From: Myxococcota bacterium | GTDB taxonomy: Bacteria; Myxococcota_A; Bradymonadia; UBA7976; UBA1532 | Reading direction: 5' to 3' | Assembly: GCA_036337435.1 (NCBI GenBank) | Contig: JAYZEG010000030.1 | Coordinates: 38,424-102,423 of the forward strand | DNA: 64,000 bases | In this document: in pieces, positions 18,747 through 29,176 of the stretch | How the letters are laid out: every line of letters starts with the position of its first letter | Numbering within the stretch: the first letter of the stretch is position 1 | Translations under genes and position numbers: made by a program | Notes under the pieces: generated by a model | What the model saw: only the letters and a program-made list of their open reading frames with translations | Databases searched by the model: none | Told to the model about the DNA's origin: nothing

Positions 18747-20768
18747 GTGCGCTTTAATCGGACCAGCACAGTGACGCTACATCGAAACTATACGATTGCG
18801 GCTTTTGTCGTTGGCCTCGGTTCACTTCTTTCATGGTCTATACAGCCCCTGGCGGCCAGAGCTCTCCTTCCAATTTTTGGCGGTTCAAATGCGGTTTGGA
18901 CCAGCAGCCTTATCTTTTTTCAATTGGCCTTACTCATAGGGTATCTCTTGAGCCACTGGGTTGCGAGCCGTTCAAAATCAGCCTTCATCTGTTATCTGGT
19001 GCTTATGGCAACAGCCACTGTGCAGCTGCCTGTTGATTTTTTTGACGTATCAGTCGGCAACCACCCTGTTGGAGATGTGTGGCTTTCCCTCTGTGTCTGC
19101 ATCGGTCTGCCAAGCTTAATTCTTTACGCGTGCTCACCCTTGGTTCAATGGGTTCTCGGCGACTCAAAGGGTCAGACAACATTTACTCTATTTGCTTGGT
19201 CAAACGGTGGGTCACTTCTTGGTCTGCTGAGCTACCCATTTTTGATAGAACCGAATCTGACCGTTTCGACTCAGTTCGTCTTGTGGAGCGTCCTTTTCGG
19301 GATATTCTGTCTCGCATTGGCAACGATTGTCATTTCACATCGTCTCTCGGGTAATGAATCAAAAACTGAACGGCATCAACTCAAAATTCGCTGGCTGTGG
19401 TTCTGTCCGTCCGCGCTGGGAGTCGCACTTTTAGTCAGTATCAGTGAAGCCATCAGCGTTGATCTTACGGTCACACCAATCCTCTGGATCCTACCCCTGG
19501 CTGTGTATTTGGTAACCTTTATAGTCACCTTCGGCTTTCCTCGCTTGTGGATGGGTCAGAGAGTCTGGTTTCTCGGCGTATTGGTCCTTACCCTATTTAT
19601 TTATCTCCGACTTGAATCCTGGTCTGTGCACTGGTCGATGCAACTGGCAGGTTGGTGCACTATATTGGGCGTGGGTTGTTTGTGCTTACACGCGGAACTG
19701 GTGAAACGCCAGCCTGCAACCCAGCAACTGACCAATTACTATGTATCCATTGCAGCGGGGGGGGTCATCGGCGGCCTCATAGTCGGCTCTATCTTACCGG
19801 CGTTCATCAATCTCCGTCTTGAAGTCGACTTCACGATTATGGCAACGGTGGGCTATCTTTGGCATGCGTCCAGAAAACGATCAGAAGGCCAAATGTCTTT
19901 CGCCAGCCTATATCCAAGCACGGTCATCGGGCTGACGTCGCTGGTCTGTTTGGGGTCAGTTCTCACCTATCGAGTCTTAAAAGAACTCAGTGGAGAGACA
20001 CACGTCTATAGAAACGCGTATGGCACGCTCAAAATAAAAAGGTATCCAGTGCCCCGCAAGAAGGGTGGATTGATTCATCTTCTCGATGGAAGAATCAGTC
20101 ATGGCTTTCAATATTTAGGGGATACACATCGTCGAGAACCGACAGCTTACTTTACCGAGGAGTCAGGGATCGGTCGAATCCTTAATCAGCGGACAAAAGC
20201 TCGAAAAGTTGGGGTTTTAGGCCTGGGTGTTGGCACCTTATCAGCCTATTCTCGTCCTGGCGACAGCTATACTTTCTTTGAACTCAATCCGCTCGTTGTC
20301 GACATTGCGAAAACCCATTTCAGCTATTTGAAGGAGGCGAGGGGTATCGTGAAAATCGTCGTCGGCGACGGACGAAAAAGTCTCGAAAGAATGTCCAAAG
20401 GGGCGTTTGATCTCCTGATTATTGATGCGTTTACCGGCGATGCAATTCCCGCTCATCTGCTGACCGAGGAAGCATTTTCAATTTATGCGCACCGACTGCG
20501 TAGCGACGGCCTGCTTGCCATCAACGTGTCAAACCGTCATGCAAACTTGAGACGAGTTGTAGAAAGCCACTGCCATAAGCACAACTTGCCCTTCTCTTGG
20601 ATTCGACATCGAGCACGTTCACCCTTAGGGGTTTATGTCAGCGAATGGGCTTTTGTGGCCAAAGACCTCAATGGCCTCCAACAACACAAATTGCCCGCTC
20701 TCGAAACGACTGAATCGAACGTGACCTGGCGAGATGATTTCGCCCCCGTACTTCCAATTTTGAAGTGA
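18747..20768 (+). CDS. Membrane protein fused to a spermidine-synthase-like SAM-binding domain
   Basis: Many TM helices, then GLGVGTL, ELNP, GDGR, DAFTGDAIPAHLLT. Confidence 0.85.
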   Translation: MRFNRTSTVTLHRNYTIAAFVVGLGSLLSWSIQPLAARALLPIFGGSNAVWTSSLIFFQLALLIGYLLSHWVASRSKSAFICYLVLMATATVQLPVDFFDVSVGNHPVGDVWLSLCVCIGLPSLILYACSPLVQWVLGDSKGQTTFTLFAWSNGGSLLGLLSYPFLIEPNLTVSTQFVLWSVLFGIFCLALATIVISHRLSGNESKTERHQLKIRWLWFCPSALGVALLVSISEAISVDLTVTPILWILPLAVYLVTFIVTFGFPRLWMGQRVWFLGVLVLTLFIYLRLESWSVHWSMQLAGWCTILGVGCLCLHAELVKRQPATQQLTNYYVSIAAGGVIGGLIVGSILPAFINLRLEVDFTIMATVGYLWHASRKRSEGQMSFASLYPSTVIGLTSLVCLGSVLTYRVLKELSGETHVYRNAYGTLKIKRYPVPRKKGGLIHLLDGRISHGFQYLGDTHRREPTAYFTEESGIGRILNQRTKARKVGVLGLGVGTLSAYSRPGDSYTFFELNPLVVDIAKTHFSYLKEARGIVKIVVGDGRKSLERMSKGAFDLLIIDAFTGDAIPAHLLTEEAFSIYAHRLRSDGLLAINVSNRHANLRRVVESHCHKHNLPFSWIRHRARSPLGVYVSEWAFVAKDLNGLQQHKLPALETTESNVTWRDDFAPVLPILK

Positions 20769-20789
20769 GACTTGAAGGATGGAGCCCAC

Positions 20790-20832
20790 AAAAAAGTAAA
20801 CCGCCAAGGTGGACCGGCCACCTTGGCGGTTT
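20790..20832 (-). terminator. Rho-independent terminator downstream of flagellin, possibly bidirectional
   Basis: Perfect 15-bp stem AAACCGCCAAGGTGG / CCACCTTGGCGGTTT with a 5-nt loop, followed by a T-run on the minus strand; lies between convergent genes. Confidence 0.85.
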
Positions 20833-20943
20833 GTAAGGGCTGACACCGATTTCTTTGGCCTTTGAAATCGATGTCAAATTTGGCAACACTGACGACCCAA
20901 GGGCCGGATTTCAGATCATCATGCTGCCTTTTAAGGAAGCTGT

Positions 20944-22389
20944 TTAACCTCCGATAAGTGACAGTGCAATGTTCGGTTGCTGGTTGGCCTGCGACAAGAC
21001 GGAAACGCCTGCCTGCTGGACAATCTTCAACTTCGAGAACTCTGCTGACTCTTTAGCAAAATCCGCATCTTGGATTCTGCTTCGAGATGCCGTCAGGTTC
21101 TCCGTGCTCACCTCAAGGTTACGCACAGTCGAAGCCAACCTATTTTGTACCGCACCCAATGAAGCGCGACTTGCAGAGACTTGACCAATTGCTTTGTCAA
21201 GAATGGAGAGGGCCCGGTTGGCACCTTCTCTATCCGTGACATCCAGCGTCTGCACCGTATTGGCATCGTTCACACCGAAGAGAGTCGCTCCTGCACCACC
21301 GACGTCACCAAGCTTTGTTATAGCGGCGCCGCCGAGGTCGAATTGTTGCTCAGACTCCAATGTGAGCCGACCACCAGTCACTGTGGTTCCAGCCCCAGCA
21401 GTAATGCCCAATCGAGTGGCATTACCCAAGACCGTGATTTCGACATTTCTGCCGTCATCAGCAGTCAGGACAAGACGGTGATTGTCATCCAGAGACGCAA
21501 CAACGCCCGTTTCGTCAGTGATCGAGTTAATCTGGTTGACCAGTTTGTCATTGGCATCATTGTCTTCAACCCGAAACCCGGTGAGCGTTACACCGTTAAT
21601 GGTCACGTTATTGGTCGAATCCAAGGTTACCGCCTGGATATCACCAGTTGACTCAACAATCGTCGAATCGACCAAGGCTGTAACACCGGTAAATTCGCTA
21701 GAATCATTGATTGCTGCTGCTTTAGCAATCGCCGACGAGTCGTTCAATGTTGTCGAAAGCGAATCATCTGCGGCAACAGTAGACCGGATCGTGACACCAC
21801 GAATGGTGACGTCTCCATCACTGAGATTCTGTCCAGCAGCCACCGCAATGTCAGCCGAACTAGAATATCGAGCCTGTCGCCCAAGACTATTTGCTCTCGC
21901 ATCCTTTACACTGATGGTTAGATTTTCATGGGCGTTCGCTCCGATGTGGAACTTCGCACCCGTGAATGAACCATCAAGGATGTTCTGGTTGTTAAATGTC
22001 GTCCTCTCTGCGATTCGGTTCAGTTCGGAGATCAACGCATCAACCTCTTCCTGAATCGAACCTCTGTCAGCTTCTGTATTTGTATCATTCGCCGATTGAA
22101 CGGACAGCTCTCTCATCCGCTGCAAGATCGAAGTTGTCTCTTGCAAAGCCCCTTCAGCGGTCTGAGCCAACGACATACCGTCATTGGTATTGCGAATCGC
22201 TTGAGTAAGACCACGTACTTGCGTAGTCATTCTCTCACTAATCGCCAGACCAGCTGCATCGTCCTTGGCACTGTTAATACGCATGCCGCTAGACAGGCGT
22301 TGAAACGATGTACCAAGAGACCGAGTGGACCGGTTTAAGTTACGCATAGCGTTCTGTGACGAAGAATTCGAATTAACGAAAAGACCCAT
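20944..22389 (-). CDS. fliC: Flagellin
   Basis: RLSSGMRINSAKDDAAGLAI, LQRMRELSVQSAN, GAVQNRL, SRIQDADFA, LSQANQ. Confidence 0.97.
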   Translation of the reverse strand: MGLFVNSNSSSQNAMRNLNRSTRSLGTSFQRLSSGMRINSAKDDAAGLAISERMTTQVRGLTQAIRNTNDGMSLAQTAEGALQETTSILQRMRELSVQSANDTNTEADRGSIQEEVDALISELNRIAERTTFNNQNILDGSFTGAKFHIGANAHENLTISVKDARANSLGRQARYSSSADIAVAAGQNLSDGDVTIRGVTIRSTVAADDSLSTTLNDSSAIAKAAAINDSSEFTGVTALVDSTIVESTGDIQAVTLDSTNNVTINGVTLTGFRVEDNDANDKLVNQINSITDETGVVASLDDNHRLVLTADDGRNVEITVLGNATRLGITAGAGTTVTGGRLTLESEQQFDLGGAAITKLGDVGGAGATLFGVNDANTVQTLDVTDREGANRALSILDKAIGQVSASRASLGAVQNRLASTVRNLEVSTENLTASRSRIQDADFAKESAEFSKLKIVQQAGVSVLSQANQQPNIALSLIGG

Positions 22390-22806
22390 AATATTCGCTC
22401 CATGAATCTAAAGGCGAGTTAGCGACCTTGCCGACTCCAAACAGGGACCCTCTTCCCTGCTCAATCTCTGTGCGCAGACCCATCTGTGCGCTCATTTAGA
22501 GATGCCATGTTGTTTGGGTTGTGAAGGATGGCCAAACCGTCCTCCACGAGTTTTAAATTTCGTTTGTTTTTTTGAGCAGCGCAGACGGATCTCAAAAGAC
22601 CAGTACCCCTACCGTCTAATGAATGTCTGCTAGGCAACCTCCTTTCATTTGGCGAGAACGTGCCCCTGCTCGCGTGTCCGTCGATAAAACCCAGTCAACA
22701 ACCCACGATTGCGGGCTCCGGCCCGAATTGTGGCGCATGGTCGTGGAGTTAGGCTTGTCTAATAGTTTCATCGAGCCACGTTCGTTATTAAGTTTATCCA
22801 CTTACG

Positions 22807-22833
22807 ACATCGTAATTTTCCATAAAACCTTAA
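22807..22833 (-). promoter_or_regulatory. Possible sigma-28-like promoter for fliC
   Basis: Minus strand TTAA-N15-TACGATGT versus consensus TAAA-N15-GCCGATAA; imperfect and ~420 nt upstream of the start. Confidence 0.2.
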
Positions 22834-23078
22834 GATATTTATTTTGATACAAGCATCACGATTAACAAAAATAACCCATTAAAATCATATATTTACAGTA
22901 TTCGTAAACGGATTATCATTGCGTATTTTTCAAAAATTAGCCGGATATCATGTTCCATAAGGTCGAATGAGAAGCAGGTCTCATGGAGTTATTTTTCCAA
23001 AGACCTCAGCAGAATTTTTTGGAGGGTTGCCATAGGCCTACTCAACAGACAACGGGGGTCGGATCGGCTCAAGCCTGC

Positions 23079-24563
23079 TCACTGCTGTCGCCCCTTGAGC
23101 ATCTCATCGAGCAATTGGCTCAAATTAGACTGATTCAAAGTCTTCAGTCTATCGGACCACAACCTGAGGGTTTCAGGTGTCACGCCCGGTTCGAGGACAG
23201 ACGTGCGAAAAGCACGACCCAGGTCCCCAGGTAAGCTCTGAGATTCGATGCGGACCAAATTCCGAAACAAAATCTGGCCCCCGGGTTTCAGCTTCCAAGC
23301 GAGTCGATAGGCTTTATGGGCATCACCTATCCTTTGTTTATCTGCCAAAGCTGTACCCAACTCCACAAGGGCATGAGCTTGAATGGGCGGCATGTCAACC
23401 TCCGCTGACCAGAGCGTAATCTCATCTTGCCACTCTTGACTCCGCACCTTCGATAGGGCTCCAAGAGCCAATAGGACAAGGAAGACCGCGACGACAACCC
23501 ATGACGTATATGGACTGTCTGCCCGATAGAGCGCGTCAACGACGGCGGCGATCGAAGCCGCAATTCCGAGTATGGGCAAGTACAGATATCTGTCTGCCGC
23601 CAAAGTGCCAAAGGGAATAAAATGCAACACGGGCCCGATGAAGACGAAAAACCACAGAAAACCAATCACCACAATAGAACGAGGCCTTCGTAGACAAGTC
23701 CAAAAGCCGAGTGCAACGACCAAGCTGCAAGTGACCCATGTCTCCAAACCCCAGGTGTGCACGTCCAAATACGTGTAAAGGCACCGAGGCCCCTCGACCA
23801 AAAACAGCTGCTTCACATAAAAGGCAATCAAGTTAAATGCCAGTGCGAGATTGAGCGGCGTTCCCGATTCAGGACCGCCCTGAATCGGGCTCCAACTAAA
23901 TCTAAACACGAGCAAAACGACGGTCAATGCGGTCAAAAACCAGAGGATTGTTTTTGAACGGCCGGTTCCCATCAGCCATAGAAACGGCAGGACGACCACA
24001 GCTGTTTCTTTCGAGAAGAAACCGAAGGTGAGGCTCAGGCCAGCGTATAAACACCAGCTTATCGACGGGTCCGAGCGACATTTTTGGACGCACAAACATG
24101 TGGACAGCACAAAAATTGACGCCAATAGTTCGGGACGACAGGATACGAAAGACAATGCCTCCACCTGCATTGGATGGCAGGTATAAATAGCCAGGGCGAT
24201 GAAAATCGATAGGTTCGACAAGTTCCACTGTCGGAGAAGCATGGCCGCGAGGGCCAAAACCAAGAGATGTAAACCCAATTGGATGGCGTGAAAGGCTGCG
24301 GGGGCATAACCAAAAGCTGCGACTGTAAGGTAATTGAGCAGCGTAGGGACAGGTCGGAGGTACCCGCTCTGAGTGGAATGACCTTGTCCAAAGAAGTCGC
24401 CCCAAGCGAGCGTCCAAGCACGAGAAAAGTTCGATAGATTCTGGTTTCGCTCGATTAGGAAGACATCATCCCAAACGAATTGAGCCTGAATTGTATGGCC
24501 ATAAATGACAGCGACAATGACGGCTAACATCGCGATGATGTATCCCGTCTTGAGTTTTTCCAT
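23079..24563 (-). CDS. TMTC-like GT-C fold membrane glycosyltransferase with a short TPR tail
   Basis: FVWDD luminal motif, YLRP, HPMQVE, SKE, ADRYLYLP, C-terminal TPR-like helices. Confidence 0.8.
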   Translation of the reverse strand: MEKLKTGYIIAMLAVIVAVIYGHTIQAQFVWDDVFLIERNQNLSNFSRAWTLAWGDFFGQGHSTQSGYLRPVPTLLNYLTVAAFGYAPAAFHAIQLGLHLLVLALAAMLLRQWNLSNLSIFIALAIYTCHPMQVEALSFVSCRPELLASIFVLSTCLCVQKCRSDPSISWCLYAGLSLTFGFFSKETAVVVLPFLWLMGTGRSKTILWFLTALTVVLLVFRFSWSPIQGGPESGTPLNLALAFNLIAFYVKQLFLVEGPRCLYTYLDVHTWGLETWVTCSLVVALGFWTCLRRPRSIVVIGFLWFFVFIGPVLHFIPFGTLAADRYLYLPILGIAASIAAVVDALYRADSPYTSWVVVAVFLVLLALGALSKVRSQEWQDEITLWSAEVDMPPIQAHALVELGTALADKQRIGDAHKAYRLAWKLKPGGQILFRNLVRIESQSLPGDLGRAFRTSVLEPGVTPETLRLWSDRLKTLNQSNLSQLLDEMLKGRQQ

Positions 24564-24644
24564 CGCTCTCAATTAAGTCTCCCTCAGTATGGCATCCGAC
24601 CAAGAGTCAAAGAATTCAGTCAACACGAGGCAGGTCCATCAAAA

Positions 24645-25508
24645 TCAGGTCATTCTGGCCATCAATGGATCATGTCGAATCAGTGATTCACTTAATTGCC
24701 AGAGCTGCTCGGCCTGTTTCGAGTCCAGAGCTTTGCCTGATGGTTTGACGACTTTTCGGTTCCGAAAGTACTGACCAGAAATCTGAGCTACATCGGGATT
24801 TGTTGCAAGATGTATCGACGTGCGGGCACCTCGTTGTGGTGAAACAAGGAACGCCCCAGCCATTCGTGTCAGAAGGGCAAAAGCATCTTTTTGACTGACA
24901 GCAAACCCAGACCGAACCATACCGGGATGCAAACAATTGACAGTCACTTGATCGTCAACCAGCCGACTGGCTAGGTGGCGCGTGAATTGAATATTCATGA
25001 GTTTGCTCGCGCAATATGCCCCCATAGGAGAATAACGCCGACGCTCGTAGTTAACATCGTCTAAATCAATGGAACCAAGTCTGTGGCCAAACGAGGATAC
25101 GTTCACAATTCGACCACTGCGAGCCGCTTTTAAGCAGCTCAACAACCCCCGACACATGAGAAAATAAGCCATATGATTGACGGCGAAGGTCTGCTCAAGA
25201 CCGTCTCTCGTTTCGCGTTTTTCGGCCAGGTACACACCGGCGTTATTGACCAAGACGTCGATCTGTTCATAGGCATTTCGCAATTGCCCGCACAGAGTCT
25301 GAATCTCTTCTTGGCTACTGAGATCGCAGCGGAAAAGCGAAATCGCGGCGTCTGGCTTGACGGTCTTGATTCGGTCGATCGCCTCGAGCCCTTTCGGTTT
25401 GCTCCTGCAAACTAAGACCAATTCAGCACCCATTTCCGCCAGAGCGCATGCCGTGGACCAACCAATGCCCGAATTGGCACCGGTAACCACCACTCTTTTT
25501 CCGGACAT
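24645..25508 (-). CDS. Short-chain dehydrogenase/reductase (retinol dehydrogenase-like)
   Basis: TGANSGIG, NNAG, YCASK, HPGMV. Confidence 0.92.
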   Translation of the reverse strand: MSGKRVVVTGANSGIGWSTACALAEMGAELVLVCRSKPKGLEAIDRIKTVKPDAAISLFRCDLSSQEEIQTLCGQLRNAYEQIDVLVNNAGVYLAEKRETRDGLEQTFAVNHMAYFLMCRGLLSCLKAARSGRIVNVSSFGHRLGSIDLDDVNYERRRYSPMGAYCASKLMNIQFTRHLASRLVDDQVTVNCLHPGMVRSGFAVSQKDAFALLTRMAGAFLVSPQRGARTSIHLATNPDVAQISGQYFRNRKVVKPSGKALDSKQAEQLWQLSESLIRHDPLMARMT

Positions 25509-25616
25509 CGACCCGCTCACGCCTGCCTTTCCCCCTGACTCATATTCAGCCCATACAATTTAACAGACCAGCACGACCATGTGCAGGCGATTACCGCCTA
25601 TGTGCTTCCGTTGAGT

Positions 25617-27071
25617 TTACGACAAAGAGTTAATCTCGAGCCGATGCAACCGCCGAAAGGCCGTCCGAGCTGCATAAAAGCCACACATACCGTGAACTCC
25701 CCCGCCTGGCGGTGTCGACGACGAACAAATAAAGATTCGTGGGTTCGGGGTCGTATACGGATTAAGTCTCAAAACCGGTCTCGAGAAGAGTTGACGCCAA
25801 TCGGCAATGCCGCCCGCAATCGCACCACCGATATAATTTGGGTTGTGACGTGTCAGGGCTTGAGTGTTCATCACGTGGCGTTCAATGATGATGTCACGAA
25901 AACCTGGCGCGAAACGTTCTACTTGAGACTCGATGGCCTGCGTTTGGTCTTGAATAGATCCAGCTGGAACATGGCAATAGGCATATCCCGTGTGATGACC
26001 AGACGGCGCGCGGGTGTCATCGAATAGGCTCTGCTGACATAGAAGGACGAACGGCTTTTCAGGATGTTGTCCGAGCCACATCGCCTTCTCCGCAGCCGCA
26101 ATGTCATGCATGCTGCCCCCAATATGAACCGTTGCAGCCTGCGCTGTCATTGGATCCCGCCAAGGAATGGGCTCTCGCAGTGCCCAGTCGATTTTAAATA
26201 CACCAGGCCCGTATCGATACCGACTGAGACGTCTACAGTATCTTTCGGGGAGATGCGGTCGGTTTATATCCACCAATTGCTGCGGTGACGTATCAAATAG
26301 ATAAACTCGGGAGCGGGGCAAATCACTGGGATTTTGGACGTGATGATTGGTTATAATTTGCCCACCAAGGGACTCGAAGTATCGGCTGAGGGCAACGGTT
26401 AGACCCTCGGTTCCACCGCGAACGATGGGCCAGTTCGTCAAATGACCTGAAATAGAAAAAATAAGACCAAGAGCCGCCGTCAGTGGTCGATCAAGGTCCA
26501 TTATGGAATGCGCTGCACACCCTGCGAACAAAGCCTTCGCCTGAGGTCCTTTAAACCTGCTATTGGCAAACCCCGTCGCCGAGCGAATTGCAGACAGGCC
26601 AAAGCGCAGCATTTGCAGGGGCGCCTTCGGCCATTTCAAAGGGGCTAAGAGGTCTTCAAAGAGGACATCAGGATTCTTGAGGAACGGTTCGACGAGCCTT
26701 CGATAAGCATGGCTGTCAGCCCCCATTTGTCCAGCAGTCCGTTGTAGGTCTGACCACATAATGACGGACTTTTCATCATCGAGTGGATGAGAAAAAGCGG
26801 CAGGTGGCTCAATCCATTCAAGCCCAAAGTCAGCCAATGGTAATCTTTTCATGAAGGGAGACAGAATGGCCATCGGATGGGCAGCTGAGCAAATGTCATG
26901 ACGAAAGCCAGGGCGTGTTAACTCACGCGTTCGCATGCCGCCACCGACACTGGGTTTACCTTCGATGAGGCACACGCGACACCCTTGCTGAGCTAAGTAG
27001 ATGGCCGCAGAAAACCCGTTCGGTCCTGAGCCAACGACGACGGCGTCGTATTCGCCTTTTTCATCAAGCAT
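25617..27071 (-). CDS. FAD-dependent oxidoreductase, phytoene dehydrogenase-like
   Basis: VVGSGPNG, GGGMRT, CSSSTPPGGGVHGMCG. Confidence 0.88.
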   Translation of the reverse strand: MLDEKGEYDAVVVGSGPNGFSAAIYLAQQGCRVCLIEGKPSVGGGMRTRELTRPGFRHDICSAAHPMAILSPFMKRLPLADFGLEWIEPPAAFSHPLDDEKSVIMWSDLQRTAGQMGADSHAYRRLVEPFLKNPDVLFEDLLAPLKWPKAPLQMLRFGLSAIRSATGFANSRFKGPQAKALFAGCAAHSIMDLDRPLTAALGLIFSISGHLTNWPIVRGGTEGLTVALSRYFESLGGQIITNHHVQNPSDLPRSRVYLFDTSPQQLVDINRPHLPERYCRRLSRYRYGPGVFKIDWALREPIPWRDPMTAQAATVHIGGSMHDIAAAEKAMWLGQHPEKPFVLLCQQSLFDDTRAPSGHHTGYAYCHVPAGSIQDQTQAIESQVERFAPGFRDIIIERHVMNTQALTRHNPNYIGGAIAGGIADWRQLFSRPVLRLNPYTTPNPRIFICSSSTPPGGGVHGMCGFYAARTAFRRLHRLEINSLS

Positions 27072-27239
27072 TTCCCCGGATCCTCATCTTTACATGCCGT
27101 GGGTGTGTCAGAATCCAATGACCTGGACTAAGGGTGTCTAAATTTTCAACCGAGTCAATGATTCATATTTAAAATCGGTCATGTTAGAGACAGGCTTGAT
27201 GAGGCGGCGGATCGGCCGCTGTAACTGGACAGGTCAACT

Positions 27240-29129
27240 ATGACAGACATCCTTACCTTGAGCGCGGCCTTGTTCGGACTGATGCTGGGTCCCGTGATTG
27301 GAAACATCGGTCGAGAAAAAAAGGGGTGGATCCTCGCGCTCGACGGCTACATGCTCGTTTCACTCGGCGGCTTAGGCCTGGTTTTTCTCTTGCCGTCAAC
27401 CGTTCAAAGGGCTGGTTTCTGGGCCATCGTATTGGCACTTCTCGGGTTACTTTTGCCGAGTATACTTGAACGTCGAATGAAAGGAACACAAGGGGCAACC
27501 TTCTGGATTGTGTTCACGGGTCTCTTGCTTCATAACGCGCTCGATGGGGCGGCCTTAAGTGCGCCTGTGCCTGGCCATATCCACGGACTGGATTTTGCCA
27601 TCGTACTGCATCGGTTGCCCGTTGGATTGCTGGTCTACGTCAGTCTTCGCAACCGACTTGGCAATGGATATGCACTTGCCATGGTCGGCTTACTTGCCAT
27701 TGCAACCATACTCGGATTCACGCTGGGAGAATCCATGAGTTCTCAGGCACCGCCCCTGGAACTGGCACTCTTTGAAGCATTTGTTGTGGGGGCATTGATG
27801 CATGTAGTCACCCACAGAGAGGAACTGGCCGGCTGTTCCCACGACCACCATCATGAACACGACCACCATCATGACCACGATCACCATCATGCTCACGACC
27901 ATCACCATGGGCATGACCACCATGACGATCACGACCATCACCATGGGCATGATCACCATCACGATCACGACCATCACGGACACGTCCATGCTCAAGGCCA
28001 CGCCACCGATGGTAATCTGATAGAGCCTCATAGTCATCTTGACGACAAGGCTGTTTGGGGGGTTCTCGGCGCCGTGTTGGGTTTGCTCACGCTGACTTTA
28101 ATCGAGGAAGTGCCAGCGGTGTCGAAGGCGGCAGGCTACGTCTTCATCAATCTCACCCTCGAAGCGGCACCCGCCCTTGTGCTGGCCTATTGTTTTGCCG
28201 GCTTATTGAATGCACTCATCGTTCAGAAAGCACTCGTCTGGCTCAAGCGAGGTGGAGCACCAAAACAGGCTGTGAAAGGACTCGCATTCGGCTTGCCCCT
28301 GCCCATATGCTCATGTGGTGTACTGCCGCTTTATGAAACACTGGTGTCTAGAGGTGTGCCTGCGACAGCTGCCATCGCATTCTTGGTCGCCACACCGGAA
28401 CTTGGCATCGACGCTATGCTCATCTCGCTGCCACTCTTGGGCGTCAAATTGTCCGTGGCGAGATTGCTCGCTGCAGTCTGCGTTGCTCTTCTGATCGCGC
28501 TTGTCTTGGGCCAAAAGGTGCCTAACCTTCGCAACGATGTTGAACACCAAACAACAGAGCGTATTCCCTTGGCTAAGCGATTGCACGATGGGTTGAAATA
28601 TGGGTTTGGTCCGCTCGTCGACCACACCATTCCGTGGATGATTGTCGGAATTGCTATCGCAGCCTACGCCGAGCCGCTCATGGACCCGAAGGCGATCTCA
28701 GGCCTATCCCCATTTTGGCAAGTGCCTCTCTTCGCGCTCATGGGCATACCCATGTACGTTTGTGCCTCTGCAGCTACGCCACTCGCGGCCATTGCAATTA
28801 TGAATCAAGTATCCCCCGGTGCCGCTCTGGCTTTTCTACTTACTGGCCCTGCGACCAACGCAACAACATTTGGCGTGCTGGCATCTCTACACGGCCGGAT
28901 GATCGCGTTTTGGTTTGGCATTGGTGTCGCCGCCAGTTCGATTTGCTTGGGCTGGTTGACCAATGCTGCCCTCGGTCAGACAATGGCGACATACAACCCC
29001 GATCATGCGCATACCATGGTTGAATGGTTGAGTTTGAGCATCTTAATTCTCTTGGTTGGCAAGTCGTTATTTCGACAAGGTCCGCGCGGCATGGTCAATC
29101 ATGTGGCACATCCGATTGATATGCACTAA
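27240..29129 (+). CDS. Metal permease: ZIP-like N-domain, His-rich linker, DUF318/ArsP-type permease
   Basis: LHNALDG and LHRLPVG (ZIP-like TM4/5), His tract, PLPICSCGVLP and PMYVCASAATP. Confidence 0.8.
   Translation: MTDILTLSAALFGLMLGPVIGNIGREKKGWILALDGYMLVSLGGLGLVFLLPSTVQRAGFWAIVLALLGLLLPSILERRMKGTQGATFWIVFTGLLLHNALDGAALSAPVPGHIHGLDFAIVLHRLPVGLLVYVSLRNRLGNGYALAMVGLLAIATILGFTLGESMSSQAPPLELALFEAFVVGALMHVVTHREELAGCSHDHHHEHDHHHDHDHHHAHDHHHGHDHHDDHDHHHGHDHHHDHDHHGHVHAQGHATDGNLIEPHSHLDDKAVWGVLGAVLGLLTLTLIEEVPAVSKAAGYVFINLTLEAAPALVLAYCFAGLLNALIVQKALVWLKRGGAPKQAVKGLAFGLPLPICSCGVLPLYETLVSRGVPATAAIAFLVATPELGIDAMLISLPLLGVKLSVARLLAAVCVALLIALVLGQKVPNLRNDVEHQTTERIPLAKRLHDGLKYGFGPLVDHTIPWMIVGIAIAAYAEPLMDPKAISGLSPFWQVPLFALMGIPMYVCASAATPLAAIAIMNQVSPGAALAFLLTGPATNATTFGVLASLHGRMIAFWFGIGVAASSICLGWLTNAALGQTMATYNPDHAHTMVEWLSLSILILLVGKSLFRQGPRGMVNHVAHPIDMH
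27840..27990 (+). repeat. In-frame His/Asp repeat (HDHHHx units, ~18 bp period)
   Basis: HDHHHEHDHHHDHDHHHAHDHHHGHDHHDDHDHHHGHDHHHDHDHHGH. Confidence 0.95.
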
Positions 29130-29176
29130 ACCTTAACAAGCGGGTCTGCCCGCAAAATACCGGAGGTTCAATTGCA

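Noticed and set aside
23079..24563. TMTC-like glycosyltransferase as a flagellin glycosylation enzyme
   Set aside because: GT-C enzymes act on the extracytoplasmic side whereas bacterial flagellin glycosylation is cytoplasmic, and a ~690-bp gap separates the genes; adjacency alone is insufficient.
25617..27071. Carotenoid biosynthesis (crtI)
   Set aside because: No crtB/crtY neighbours; the motifs fit the broader uncharacterised phytoene-dehydrogenase-like family.
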